This document shows, in pieces, positions 1 to 8,758 of a stretch of DNA of 64,000 bases. The first letter of the stretch is position 1. Every line of letters begins with the position of its first letter. Source of the DNA: Candidatus Aenigmatarchaeota archaeon. Lineage in GTDB: Archaea; Aenigmatarchaeota; Aenigmatarchaeia; PWEA01; JACQIF01. The notes beneath the pieces are model-generated. The model had not been told where the DNA came from. It ran no database searches and saw only the letters and a program-made list of their open reading frames with translations. Both the position numbers and the translations under genes were made by a program. The stretch is from positions 265,018 to 329,017 of the forward strand of contig CP066684.1 in NCBI GenBank assembly GCA_016432325.1. Reading direction: 5' to 3'.

Positions 1-12
1 GCGGGAGGCCTC

Positions 13-2862
13 TTGATATACATTAGCGGATTCATCGCCGTGAACCTGCTGACCACCCCGCGCGCCGCTTCCCTGAGCCTCTACAGCCTCGTTGTGTCCG
101 CTGTCGTCTCTGCCACTCCGGCCGAGTATTTCATGATGGCCCTCGGCGCGTGCCTCGGCTTCGTAATCGCCAACAACACGTGGAGGTCTTCGGGCCTCAT
201 CATCTATACGGCTCTCGTCGGCATAATATTCGGCTACCTGACGTACACCTTCGTCGTAACGCTCCCCCTCGTGCCGCTGTCGCAGAAGCCTCTCAGCATC
301 CTTCTCTTCATAGCCGAGACTGCGAGCCTCTCGATGGTCGTCATATACGCTTTCTACACCTTGGACTTCACGACCAAGGTGAGGTGGTTGAGGGACATGC
401 GCGACTTCCACTTCTCCAAGCACTACATGCCCGCAGTCGCGTTCCACGTGGCGACTTTCAACGAGCCTCCTGACATCGTAATCGACACTCTCAAATCGCT
501 TCTCAGGGTGGACTATCCGCGAAACAAGCGCAAGATAATGGTCATCGACGACTCCACGGAAGCGCAGAGCTGGAAGCCCGTCAAGAGTTTTTGCGACAAG
601 AACGGCATCTCTTTCATCCGCCGTCCAGAACGCAAAGGATACAAAGCAGGCGCGCTCAACTACGCGCTGAAGAAGACTCCTTCTGACGTGGACCTCGTGG
701 CCGTCGTGGACGCCGACTACATTGTGGAGAGCGACTACCTGAAGAGCGTCGTGGGTTACTTCGTGGATCAGGACCTCGGCTTCGTCCAGACGCCCCAGGA
801 CTACAGGAACCGCGACGAAAACTATCTCACGGAGCAGTACTACTACGCGGACAGCTACTTCTATCGCGTCGTGATGCTCTCGCGCAACGAGGCGAACGCG
901 ATAATCTTCGCGGGTACGATGGGTATCATACGCAAGGAGGTTCTGGAGAAGGTGGGAGGATGGGGAGAAGGCTTCATCTGCGAGGACGCCGAGCTCTCTG
1001 TGCGCATCCTCAACGACGGCTACAAGTCGCTCTACATCAACCGCACCTTCGGCCGCGGCCTCATTCCGACGACGTACGATAGTTACCAGAAGCAGCTGTA
1101 CAGGTGGAGTTTCGGCGGGGTGAAGATACTGAAGGCGCACTTCTGGAAGTTCCTCTTTTCGGCCAAGATGTCCCTGAGGCAGAAGTTCGACTTCCTCATC
1201 GGGGGCCTGCACTGGTTCGACGGGACGTGGATACTTCTCATAGCCAGCATACTCTCAACGCTCGCCGTGGCCGACATATTCAACTATCAGGCCGTCACGT
1301 ACCACCAGCGCGAGGTGTGGCTCGTCGGCCTCGTCCCCATCTTCCTGCTCGTGGACGGCGTGACGCGCCTCCATATGGCTCTCAGCAGATCCATGGGAGT
1401 GTCCCTTCTGGGCACGTTCGGCGTGATGGGCATGTGGTTCTCTGTCAAGTTCAACAACATGTTCGCATCCTACCTCGCGCTTATCGGCGTGAACAAGCCG
1501 TTCATAAGAACGTCAAAGAAGCCTCCGGGCAAGATGTCGTTCTCCGAGGCCGTTGAATATTCGGTGAAGCTGACAAAGTTCGAGACCGCCGTCTTCATAA
1601 TACTGATGGCCCTGGCTCTCGCCGTGCTGGTCAAGACAATCCTGCTCTTCATGATAGGCACGCCGGACTACGCGAGACTGCTGATGGTCTTCTGGCTGAC
1701 TTTCTACGCCCTGATATTCGGGAGCGCTCCCCTGTACGCATACCTGTCTTACAGAACGTCAACGCGCACAACGAAGCTGAGCATGGCGAGCCTCGCGCTC
1801 TCCCTGAGGAACATGGTATGGGTTCCATTGAGAAAGGCGATTCATCAGGCGCCTTCCAGCAGGGGCAACGGCTCCAAGACGATTGTCTATCTTGCGGTAG
1901 CAAGCGCGATCGTTGGTGGAGCGCTTCTCCTCTATATGGAAACGAACGGCGCTCAGGCGTCGCCGGTACAGGCGTCTGCGGTCATCGCCCCCCAAATCGA
2001 CCGGAGCAACATATCATTCGGTTCCAGCATCGAGGCGCTGGATTACGCGGGCCAGACGGGCTGGAGGCCCGAATACTCGTCGATGCGAGCCGGCAGGTGG
2101 ATGAAAACAGACCCATACGGCTGGCAGACGTTCTCGGACTGGTTGGACAAGACCGCGAAGAAAGGGACCGTTCCTGTAATCCTGTGGGACTACTGGGGGA
2201 AAGACGCGGCGCCGGACAAGATAGAGAACGGCTACGGGGGCAAGACCGTCGCGGAATGGCATGACATGACGGACCGCATCGCCCTCATGGTAAACGGTTC
2301 GAACAACGAGCAGTCGCTGATAGTGCTGGAACCCGAGTTCAACAAGGCCGGCATGGAAAACTGGACGCCTTTCAACGACCACCTCATCAACCTGACAGAG
2401 GCCGTACACGCCGGGAGCCCGAACACCAGCGTGGTGATAGGCTTTGGCAACTGGAATCAAGACGCGTGGGCCACGTTCGCACCCGCAATACGCTCGGCAG
2501 ACATGGTAGGATACCAGTCGGTTGTCATCTCGACGCAGGCCAGCAGCCGGGATTTTGCAGACCTGCCCGAGAACGCGATAGCCGCCAGCAAGAAGCTTCG
2601 GCCGTACGGCAAGCCAATAGTGCTCTTCGACCTGGCTGTCTCGACGTATCCGCATATGGAAGCGTTGCAGAACGACACGCTTTCCGAATTTTTCTCCAAG
2701 GCGCCGCAGCTGTCCGCTGCAGGCACGCGCATAGTAATCTACAGGCATTTCGTGGACGCGACTGCGTACGTGCCTTCTGAAGAGATGCACTGGGGTCTGG
2801 TCTATGGCAACGGGACGAAGAAGCCCGCATACCAGACATGGATCAATGGGGTGGGAGCATGA
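13..2862 (+). CDS. Integral-membrane processive family-2 glycosyltransferase (cellulose/chitin/hyaluronan-synthase-like) with a C-terminal extracytoplasmic glycoside-hydrolase-like domain; the ORF is open to the window start and may begin upstream
   Basis: 949-aa ORF with no in-frame stop upstream of the TTG at 13. N-terminal TM helices; GT2 motifs VIDDST, VVDADY, QTPQDY and the processivity motif QKQLYRWSFG (QxxRW); further TM helices; then a ~300-aa soluble C-terminal domain with an LEPEFN acid/base-like motif. Confidence 0.7.
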   Translation: MIYISGFIAVNLLTTPRAASLSLYSLVVSAVVSATPAEYFMMALGACLGFVIANNTWRSSGLIIYTALVGIIFGYLTYTFVVTLPLVPLSQKPLSILLFIAETASLSMVVIYAFYTLDFTTKVRWLRDMRDFHFSKHYMPAVAFHVATFNEPPDIVIDTLKSLLRVDYPRNKRKIMVIDDSTEAQSWKPVKSFCDKNGISFIRRPERKGYKAGALNYALKKTPSDVDLVAVVDADYIVESDYLKSVVGYFVDQDLGFVQTPQDYRNRDENYLTEQYYYADSYFYRVVMLSRNEANAIIFAGTMGIIRKEVLEKVGGWGEGFICEDAELSVRILNDGYKSLYINRTFGRGLIPTTYDSYQKQLYRWSFGGVKILKAHFWKFLFSAKMSLRQKFDFLIGGLHWFDGTWILLIASILSTLAVADIFNYQAVTYHQREVWLVGLVPIFLLVDGVTRLHMALSRSMGVSLLGTFGVMGMWFSVKFNNMFASYLALIGVNKPFIRTSKKPPGKMSFSEAVEYSVKLTKFETAVFIILMALALAVLVKTILLFMIGTPDYARLLMVFWLTFYALIFGSAPLYAYLSYRTSTRTTKLSMASLALSLRNMVWVPLRKAIHQAPSSRGNGSKTIVYLAVASAIVGGALLLYMETNGAQASPVQASAVIAPQIDRSNISFGSSIEALDYAGQTGWRPEYSSMRAGRWMKTDPYGWQTFSDWLDKTAKKGTVPVILWDYWGKDAAPDKIENGYGGKTVAEWHDMTDRIALMVNGSNNEQSLIVLEPEFNKAGMENWTPFNDHLINLTEAVHAGSPNTSVVIGFGNWNQDAWATFAPAIRSADMVGYQSVVISTQASSRDFADLPENAIAASKKLRPYGKPIVLFDLAVSTYPHMEALQNDTLSEFFSKAPQLSAAGTRIVIYRHFVDATAYVPSEEMHWGLVYGNGTKKPAYQTWINGVGA

Positions 2863-4217
2863 GAATGGTTATAGTCGCCGCGGTATTCGCCGTTGTCCTC
2901 CTCACGGCGTTCTCTCTTGGAATCGCGACAACCGTCGGAGAGCGCGTGGTCGAGAAGGGCGTACCCACAGAAGTCGCAATACGGGACGGGACGCTATTGG
3001 TTAACGGCAATCCCTTTATCGTCAAAGGCGTCACGTATTCAGGCGTTCCGATAGGTGAGGATCCCAGAGACAAGCATTGTCCCACGTGCCTGAGCGAAGA
3101 CACCTATATGCACGACCTTGCCCTAATGAAAGCCGGCGGAGTCAACACTGTCCGCATTCTTGATCCAGCGAATCCTGAGAACACAAGGAAGTTCCTCGAT
3201 GCCGCCTACGCTCATGGGATAATGGCCATCATCGGGACGTCTGGTCCTGTCAAGGAGGATGCTTCTCTTCCAGGAGTGCGCGAACACTCGACGGAAGGGA
3301 TGTTGGACGTGGTCAAGACTTACAAGGACCACCCAGCCGTCCTGATGTGGATGTACGGCAACGAGGTCAACTTCTGGTACCCGAAGGACGCGAACGTGGA
3401 CGACTGGTACACGCTACTCGACGAAACGGCCGCGGCCGTCAAGAAGGAGGATCCTTTGCACCCCGTAATAACAGGCAACAACGACCTCCTGAACCTCGAT
3501 GGCGTCCGCACCGTCAGGAACGTGGACGTTTACGGCTCCAACCAGTACAGTCTCAACGACGGCTCGTGGAACTGGTTCTTCACCACATACGACCAGTCGG
3601 CGATAGGCCTTCCTCTGATGCTCACGGAATTTGGAGCCGATTCGTGGAACTCTGAGAAATCGGCGGAAGATGAAGCGTCGCAGGCGCGCATACTGTCGGC
3701 AAGCTGGAACTCAACTAAAGGCCGCCCCGGTTTCATCGGAGCGATAGCGTTCGAGTGGGCGGACGAATGGTGGAAGTCGGAAAACCCGGAAAAGAGAAAC
3801 TGCGAAAGGGACTGGCAGCCGTTTGACAGCGCTTCTCTTCCGGACAAATGGTTCTCGGAGGAGTGTTTCGGACTGGTGCGCATGCAAGAGAACACCAATG
3901 AAAGGGTGCCGAAGCTGGCGTACTACGAACTGCAAAAGGAATGGGTCGTGCCGGACCAAGGAAGCGCTCCCACAATATCATTGGTGGAAATCTCCGGTAA
4001 AGAGGTAAACGCCATCGTCGCCACGTACGGAGGCGCGGCTGCGGACGTAACACTGCGTTACAAAGGCTTGCTCGAAGACTGGAAGGAGACTCCGATGCGG
4101 CGCGACGGTTTCACGTACGCCGCTGAAATCTCTCATGTGACGCCTCCCCTATCCTACAGGATCGTTGCGGCTGACGAATACGGCACCCGGACAAAGGAAG
4201 GAACGGTGATTGTATGA
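2859..4217 (+). CDS. Secreted or membrane-anchored glycoside hydrolase, GH-A clan TIM-barrel-like
   Basis: Hydrophobic N-terminal signal/anchor MRMVIVAAVFAVVLLTAF; YGNEVNFW (NE acid/base-like) and MLTEFGADSW (TEFG nucleophile-like) motifs; the ATG overlaps the upstream stop (ATGA). Confidence 0.55.
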   Translation: MRMVIVAAVFAVVLLTAFSLGIATTVGERVVEKGVPTEVAIRDGTLLVNGNPFIVKGVTYSGVPIGEDPRDKHCPTCLSEDTYMHDLALMKAGGVNTVRILDPANPENTRKFLDAAYAHGIMAIIGTSGPVKEDASLPGVREHSTEGMLDVVKTYKDHPAVLMWMYGNEVNFWYPKDANVDDWYTLLDETAAAVKKEDPLHPVITGNNDLLNLDGVRTVRNVDVYGSNQYSLNDGSWNWFFTTYDQSAIGLPLMLTEFGADSWNSEKSAEDEASQARILSASWNSTKGRPGFIGAIAFEWADEWWKSENPEKRNCERDWQPFDSASLPDKWFSEECFGLVRMQENTNERVPKLAYYELQKEWVVPDQGSAPTISLVEISGKEVNAIVATYGGAAADVTLRYKGLLEDWKETPMRRDGFTYAAEISHVTPPLSYRIVAADEYGTRTKEGTVIV

Positions 4218-5953
4218 GACCACTCTTCGTGGTGGCCGTGCTAACGTTGGCTCTATTGGCCTCGGCCGTATCTGTCCACGCAGGACACGATGCAGCGACT
4301 GCAGTAAGCTTCGGGGACACGGTTTTCACCACGCCCAACGGCTCCCAGTACGCGCCCGCGGCATCCTATCCGGTCAGCGTCACCATAACCAACGAGAGCT
4401 TCGGAAGCGATACGATAGACGCAAGCTCGGTAAAGATGAGGCTCGTGGCTCCTGGCGGAGGCTCGTTCAACTATACGAGCGCGACGACGCCTGCCGTCTC
4501 GAACACCAGCAACGGCGTCTTCAGCATCACGTTCACCCAAGGCCAACTGGGACCCGCGGGCACTTACACGCTGACGTGGTTCGCGAAAACGGTCGCGGAG
4601 AACGATACCGAAACCGCGTCAGGCGGCGTGGAGTATACGGTATCCAAGAACTCCAGCGCATCTGTATCGCTCAAACTCAACGGCACCGCGGGAGACAGGG
4701 CGTATAACATCGGGAGCGTTATTGAGCAAAACGCGCAGTCGACAGTCAGCGGACTCACTACACGCCTCTACAATAATTTCAGCGGCTCCATCGGGCTGGT
4801 GGGCAGCGGCTCTGCAGAAGTCACGGTCTCGAACAGGACAGATACGACCGCACCGACTACTACTCTGGGAGTCTCTCCATCCAGTGCATCCCCTCAGCAA
4901 GTCGTTACAGTATCCTGCACAGTCTCGGATTCCGGAAACGTGGGCGCGGGCCCCTACGCGGTTTCGGCTAACGCGACAGGCAATGAAAACTATTCGGCCT
5001 CTGCGACTGTCACGCGGACAGCCACGCTGAGCTCTGTCGCGCCAACAAAGACCATCACAGTAACAAAGCCCGGAGGAAGTACGTTCGCCGTGGCCAACTG
5101 CAACGAGACGATTTCCGGAAGCAGTACGGAAGAGTCAGGCACGTACTCTGTGAGACTGCAGGCCGCAGACAACGCAGGCAACACAGACGAGAGGACTGTC
5201 ACATTCACCGTAAGCGCGGCCAGCGGCGACTCTGGTAACGGGAGCAGCGGAAGCTCTGGCGGCAGCAGCGGTTCTGGCGGCAGTTCAGGCGGAGGAGGCT
5301 CCGGCGGCAGCACGGGAGGCCTTGATGAAGGCGCGGTAGAGACCGTATCCCTCCAAACGGTCAGGCCCGGAGAGGCTTACGTTGCGAAGTTCTCCAATTC
5401 CAATCTGGGAATAGTTGAGATTGACTTCGTTGCCAAGGCGCCTGCCAGCGACGTTCGCATCACTGTAACAGAACTCAAAACAAGGCCGGAAACCACCTCG
5501 AGGCTCAACGACTGGGTATACAAGTACGTGTCGATAAAAGTCACCAACATAGAAGCCGGCGACATCGAATCGGTAAAGATACGGTTTGCCGTTTCCAACA
5601 AATGGGCCAAGGAAAACCGGGTGGACTTGGACTCGATAGCGCTCTACAGGTATACGACCGAATGGACTCCGTTACAAACCACGTCAGAGCCCTCTTTCCT
5701 TTCAGAAATGACGTTCTATGACGCGAAAAGCCCAGGGGTCTCGTTTTTCGCCATTGCCGGTTCCGAACGGGCAGAGCCCATCGTCAGCGTGCTGAATACC
5801 ACAGAACTGAACCTGACGTCGATAACGTCGCCGGAGGCGGTTGCGAACTACTCCAAAGGGCTGCTGGTCCTTCTTGCACTGATATTCGCGATAGCCGCGG
5901 GCGTGATGTACTGGAAATGGGACGTTCTGTTCAAGAAGCCGCATTCCAGGTGA
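4214..5953 (+). CDS. Cell-surface protein, Ser/Thr/Gly-rich, with a C-terminal transmembrane anchor
   Basis: Signal peptide MRPLFVVAVLTLALLASAVSVHA; long S/T-rich beta-type region; SG linker SGDSGNGSSGSSGGSSGSGGSSGGGGSGGSTGG; a C-terminal ~190-aa domain followed by a hydrophobic helix and YWKWDVLFKK; the ATG overlaps the upstream stop (ATGA). Confidence 0.55.
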   Translation: MRPLFVVAVLTLALLASAVSVHAGHDAATAVSFGDTVFTTPNGSQYAPAASYPVSVTITNESFGSDTIDASSVKMRLVAPGGGSFNYTSATTPAVSNTSNGVFSITFTQGQLGPAGTYTLTWFAKTVAENDTETASGGVEYTVSKNSSASVSLKLNGTAGDRAYNIGSVIEQNAQSTVSGLTTRLYNNFSGSIGLVGSGSAEVTVSNRTDTTAPTTTLGVSPSSASPQQVVTVSCTVSDSGNVGAGPYAVSANATGNENYSASATVTRTATLSSVAPTKTITVTKPGGSTFAVANCNETISGSSTEESGTYSVRLQAADNAGNTDERTVTFTVSAASGDSGNGSSGSSGGSSGSGGSSGGGGSGGSTGGLDEGAVETVSLQTVRPGEAYVAKFSNSNLGIVEIDFVAKAPASDVRITVTELKTRPETTSRLNDWVYKYVSIKVTNIEAGDIESVKIRFAVSNKWAKENRVDLDSIALYRYTTEWTPLQTTSEPSFLSEMTFYDAKSPGVSFFAIAGSERAEPIVSVLNTTELNLTSITSPEAVANYSKGLLVLLALIFAIAAGVMYWKWDVLFKKPHSR

Positions 5954-5962
5954 GGTAGGACC

Positions 5963-6262
5963 ATGAAAGACGTTGTTCGCCTGGCGCTCGTAATATCCTT
6001 CTTTCTCCTCACATCCACGGTCTCTGCGCTTCCCGAAGAGAATCAGAAGGAACAGCACAGTCCTCTGGTTTCCATCAACATCGGAGAGTCTGGGGAGACC
6101 AATGATACGGGAGCCTCAAACTACACGCAGAACGCGACGGCGCCTGCGCAACCCCCGGCTTCCGAAGGCGTCCGCGGGATGCTGGTGATACTTGCGCTCG
6201 TAATATCCATAGCCGCGGGCCTGCTCTACTGGAAGTGGGACTCCATCTTCAAGAGATATTAG
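5963..6262 (+). CDS. Small secreted protein sharing the same C-terminal anchor (hydrophobic helix + YWKWD-x-IFK)
   Basis: 99 aa; N-terminal signal MKDVVRLALVISFFLLTSTVSA; C-terminus GMLVILALVISIAAGLLYWKWDSIFKRY is nearly identical in pattern to the C-terminus of the upstream 579-aa protein. Confidence 0.4.
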   Translation: MKDVVRLALVISFFLLTSTVSALPEENQKEQHSPLVSINIGESGETNDTGASNYTQNATAPAQPPASEGVRGMLVILALVISIAAGLLYWKWDSIFKRY

Positions 6263-6316
6263 ACCGTTTCTGAGCGTTTTTGACTATTATATCAACCTGT
6301 TTATCATGGTGTTTCC

Positions 6317-6943
6317 ATGACGTCCAAAAACGTTCGAAAAGGAGTCTCCTATCTCAAGCGCACAGATCCGCGCCTCGCACGCGTCATCGCCCGTTCGAAG
6401 ACACGCCCGTCCTTAAGCCGCCGCAACAAGCCCTTCGCCTCTCTCGTGCAGTCGATAATGTACCAGCAGCTCGCGGGCGCAGCCGCGGCGGCTATCCATA
6501 AAAGACTTCTCGCTCTCTATGATGGAAAGGAACCAACACCGCGGCAGGTTCTCAAAACGCACTCGCGAACGCTCCGCTACAGGTGCGGCATGTCGTGGAA
6601 GAAAGCCGAGTTCCTGAAGGACCTTTCGAGGAAAGTCTTGGACGGAACGGTCGAAATACACGAACTCGACCATCTGCCCGACGACAAGATTATCGAAGAG
6701 CTCACGCAAGTCAAAGGCATAGGCCGCTGGTCCGCGGAGATGTTCCTGATGTTCAACCTCGGGCGGCTGGACGTGTTTCCCGTGGACGATCTGGGCATCA
6801 GAAACGGCATGACAAGACTGTACAAGCTTCGCGGCCGCGTCACCAACGAGCGACTCGAACGAATCGCGGAGAGATGGCGCCCTTACCGTTCGCTCGCATG
6901 TTGGTACGTCTGGACATACAAGGAAGGCGAATGGAAGTACTAG
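6317..6943 (+). CDS. HhH-GPD superfamily DNA glycosylase (AlkA / 3-methyladenine DNA glycosylase II-like)
   Basis: 208 aa; helix-hairpin-helix + GPD region LTQVKGIGRWSAEMFLMFNLGRLDVFPVDDLGIRNG with the catalytic Asp. Confidence 0.65.
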   Translation: MTSKNVRKGVSYLKRTDPRLARVIARSKTRPSLSRRNKPFASLVQSIMYQQLAGAAAAAIHKRLLALYDGKEPTPRQVLKTHSRTLRYRCGMSWKKAEFLKDLSRKVLDGTVEIHELDHLPDDKIIEELTQVKGIGRWSAEMFLMFNLGRLDVFPVDDLGIRNGMTRLYKLRGRVTNERLERIAERWRPYRSLACWYVWTYKEGEWKY

Positions 6944-6982
6944 ACTTTCTGGAACAGCGCCTCAGCGATGTGCTGAAAGTCA

Positions 6983-7501
6983 TCAGACTTTCATGAAAAG
7001 CGCCACGTAGTCTGTTTCGCGCTCGTCTCCCACGACGCCTTCTTTCAGGAGTTTCAAGCCGGCAAAACTCTTCAAGAGCCGCGCTCTTTTGCCCTCCATC
7101 GTTTCGGGATTGCAGAAGTCTGAAATGAGCAGGAAGCCCCCAGGCTTGACGACTCTCACGAGTTCGTGGATATTCTGAATGAGATGTATCGTGTCGAACG
7201 AGACGACGATGTCGAACGCCTCGTTCGCGAACGGCAGCGAGTTCCCGTCGGAAAGCACGAACAGCGCATTCTTCTGCGCGTGAGGGCTGGCATCCACGCC
7301 CACGGCAAGTCGCGGCGTTATCCCCTTCCCCGCCAGAAAATCCTCGAACCAGCCTTCGCCTGAGCCTACGTCAAGAACGCGCGCGCTCTCGAACCTGAGC
7401 TTTGCCGCGGCAGGCACGATGAACTCCACGAAGATCCCCTCGTATTTGTTGAGTTGGGTCTCCTTCATCCATTTGGAGTATATCTTCTCCGTGAAGGACA
7501 T
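6983..7501 (-). CDS. Class I SAM-dependent methyltransferase
   Basis: 172 aa; motif I VLDVGSGEGWF, acidic motif II, Methyltransf_11-like. Confidence 0.6.
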   Translation of the reverse strand: MSFTEKIYSKWMKETQLNKYEGIFVEFIVPAAAKLRFESARVLDVGSGEGWFEDFLAGKGITPRLAVGVDASPHAQKNALFVLSDGNSLPFANEAFDIVVSFDTIHLIQNIHELVRVVKPGGFLLISDFCNPETMEGKRARLLKSFAGLKLLKEGVVGDERETDYVALFMKV

Positions 7502-7559
7502 GCTATAGATTGGGAAAGGGACGCTTTATATCTAAAGCGTTTCTTGCCGTTAAGACTCT

Positions 7560-8159
7560 TTATATCGTCTGCCGCGGCTCCGCGCTGTCTCTCCCTTTGG
7601 CTTCCGGTGGACCGGTTTCGCGCGCCTGTTCGCCAAGAGGGAGATCGGCTATCTTTCGATAAAGCGACGGCCCGTCGCGCATGACGCTTTCGTAGTAGCT
7701 CACGCCGCTGACGACGAACTCTCCCAGCTCAAAATCGTCGTGGCGCTCAACAATTTCCCCAAGTCCCAGAGAATCCTGTCCAAGCGCCCTTCTGTACAAG
7801 GTCATGTGCGGAACGTATGTTTTATTGGGCTCCCGGCCAAGACTATGCAGCAGGGAGTCGTTGACGCGCCTGTTGAGGTCCGTAAACTCTTCCCGGCCCT
7901 CGGCTACTGTCACGTGAAGGGTCCACTCGTCGAAAGCCAGGCCCCGCAAACGGATCTTGAAGGGAGCTACTCCTGAGATAACGGGCCTCGCCGCCTCTTC
8001 CACGGCTGTCGTGTCCGGCGTTTCTCCCAGAAACCTGACGGTTATGTGCGAGTTGGGCTGAGGCAACAGGCCGTCCACATGGGAAAAGTTCCCCTGAATT
8101 GAATATACTTTCTCACGAAATGACGCGGGGATGTTCACGGCCAGGAAGGTTTTGTTCAT
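7560..8159 (-). CDS. thpR: RNA 2',3'-cyclic phosphodiesterase / 2'-5' RNA ligase (LigT/ThpR, 2H family)
   Basis: Two H-x-T-x motifs: HITVRFLG and PHMTLYRR. Confidence 0.7.
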   Translation of the reverse strand: MNKTFLAVNIPASFREKVYSIQGNFSHVDGLLPQPNSHITVRFLGETPDTTAVEEAARPVISGVAPFKIRLRGLAFDEWTLHVTVAEGREEFTDLNRRVNDSLLHSLGREPNKTYVPHMTLYRRALGQDSLGLGEIVERHDDFELGEFVVSGVSYYESVMRDGPSLYRKIADLPLGEQARETGPPEAKGRDSAEPRQTI

Positions 8160-8177
8160 ACGAAATGTTGTGCGAAC

Positions 8178-8190
8178 AATTATTTAAAAT
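8178..8190 (-). promoter_or_regulatory. Candidate TATA box for thpR (leaderless transcript)
   Basis: AATTATTTAAAAT lies 19-31 bp upstream of the thpR ATG at 8159 on the minus strand. Confidence 0.3.
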
Positions 8191-8209
8191 GGTGCGCCGT
8201 TTTATAGTT

Positions 8210-8253
8210 CTTACGAACAGCGGTTCGTAAGTTTGCGAACCCTTGTTCGCAAA
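8210..8253. repeat. Two directly abutting perfect 22-bp palindromes with a shared CGAAC-N4-GTTCG core (candidate operator or terminator)
   Basis: CTTACGAACagcgGTTCGTAAG at 8210-8231 and TTTGCGAACccttGTTCGCAAA at 8232-8253. A third imperfect copy, TTGTGCGAACAA, is at 8168-8179. Confidence 0.5.
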
Positions 8254-8277
8254 TACCGCGCCGATCGCAGTAACTGT

Positions 8278-8706
8278 TTAGATTTTCCTCGGCATGAAGT
8301 CCATGCCCACCATGACCTTCGTTATGCGCGTCGAGTTGCCCGCCGCCTTGGTGATAAGAGCCATGGCCTCCTCCGCGCTTTTCATCCTGTTAATGCTCAG
8401 CAGCATCTCGCCGAACCGCGCGTTGCTGATAAAGAACATCGCCTTGCCTATGCAACTCTTTGATTTGATAGCCTTCCCGACGTCCGCTTCCAGTATCTGC
8501 GCCTGCCTCTCGGGCTTTACCTGCCCGCCCACGTTCAGTTTAAGTGCGCGTATGTCACCGAACCCAAGGACAACCTGTTTCTTGCCTCCGAGGTTGCCCT
8601 TCCTGTCCGCCGATATCATCCAGCGCTCGCCGCCGAGAATATGCTTCTCGTGGATTACAATATACTCGTTGCCGCTCTCTGTGGTAAGGATATAGCTGTC
8701 GTCCAT
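8278..8706 (-). CDS. Hypothetical protein (142 aa)
   Basis: ORF with codon usage matching its neighbours; no recognisable motif. Confidence 0.3.
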   Translation of the reverse strand: MDDSYILTTESGNEYIVIHEKHILGGERWMISADRKGNLGGKKQVVLGFGDIRALKLNVGGQVKPERQAQILEADVGKAIKSKSCIGKAMFFISNARFGEMLLSINRMKSAEEAMALITKAAGNSTRITKVMVGMDFMPRKI

Positions 8707-8758
8707 CGCATGAATTGAACGTTCTGCCTATTTAACTTTTCGCGTGCCATAGCGGGCC

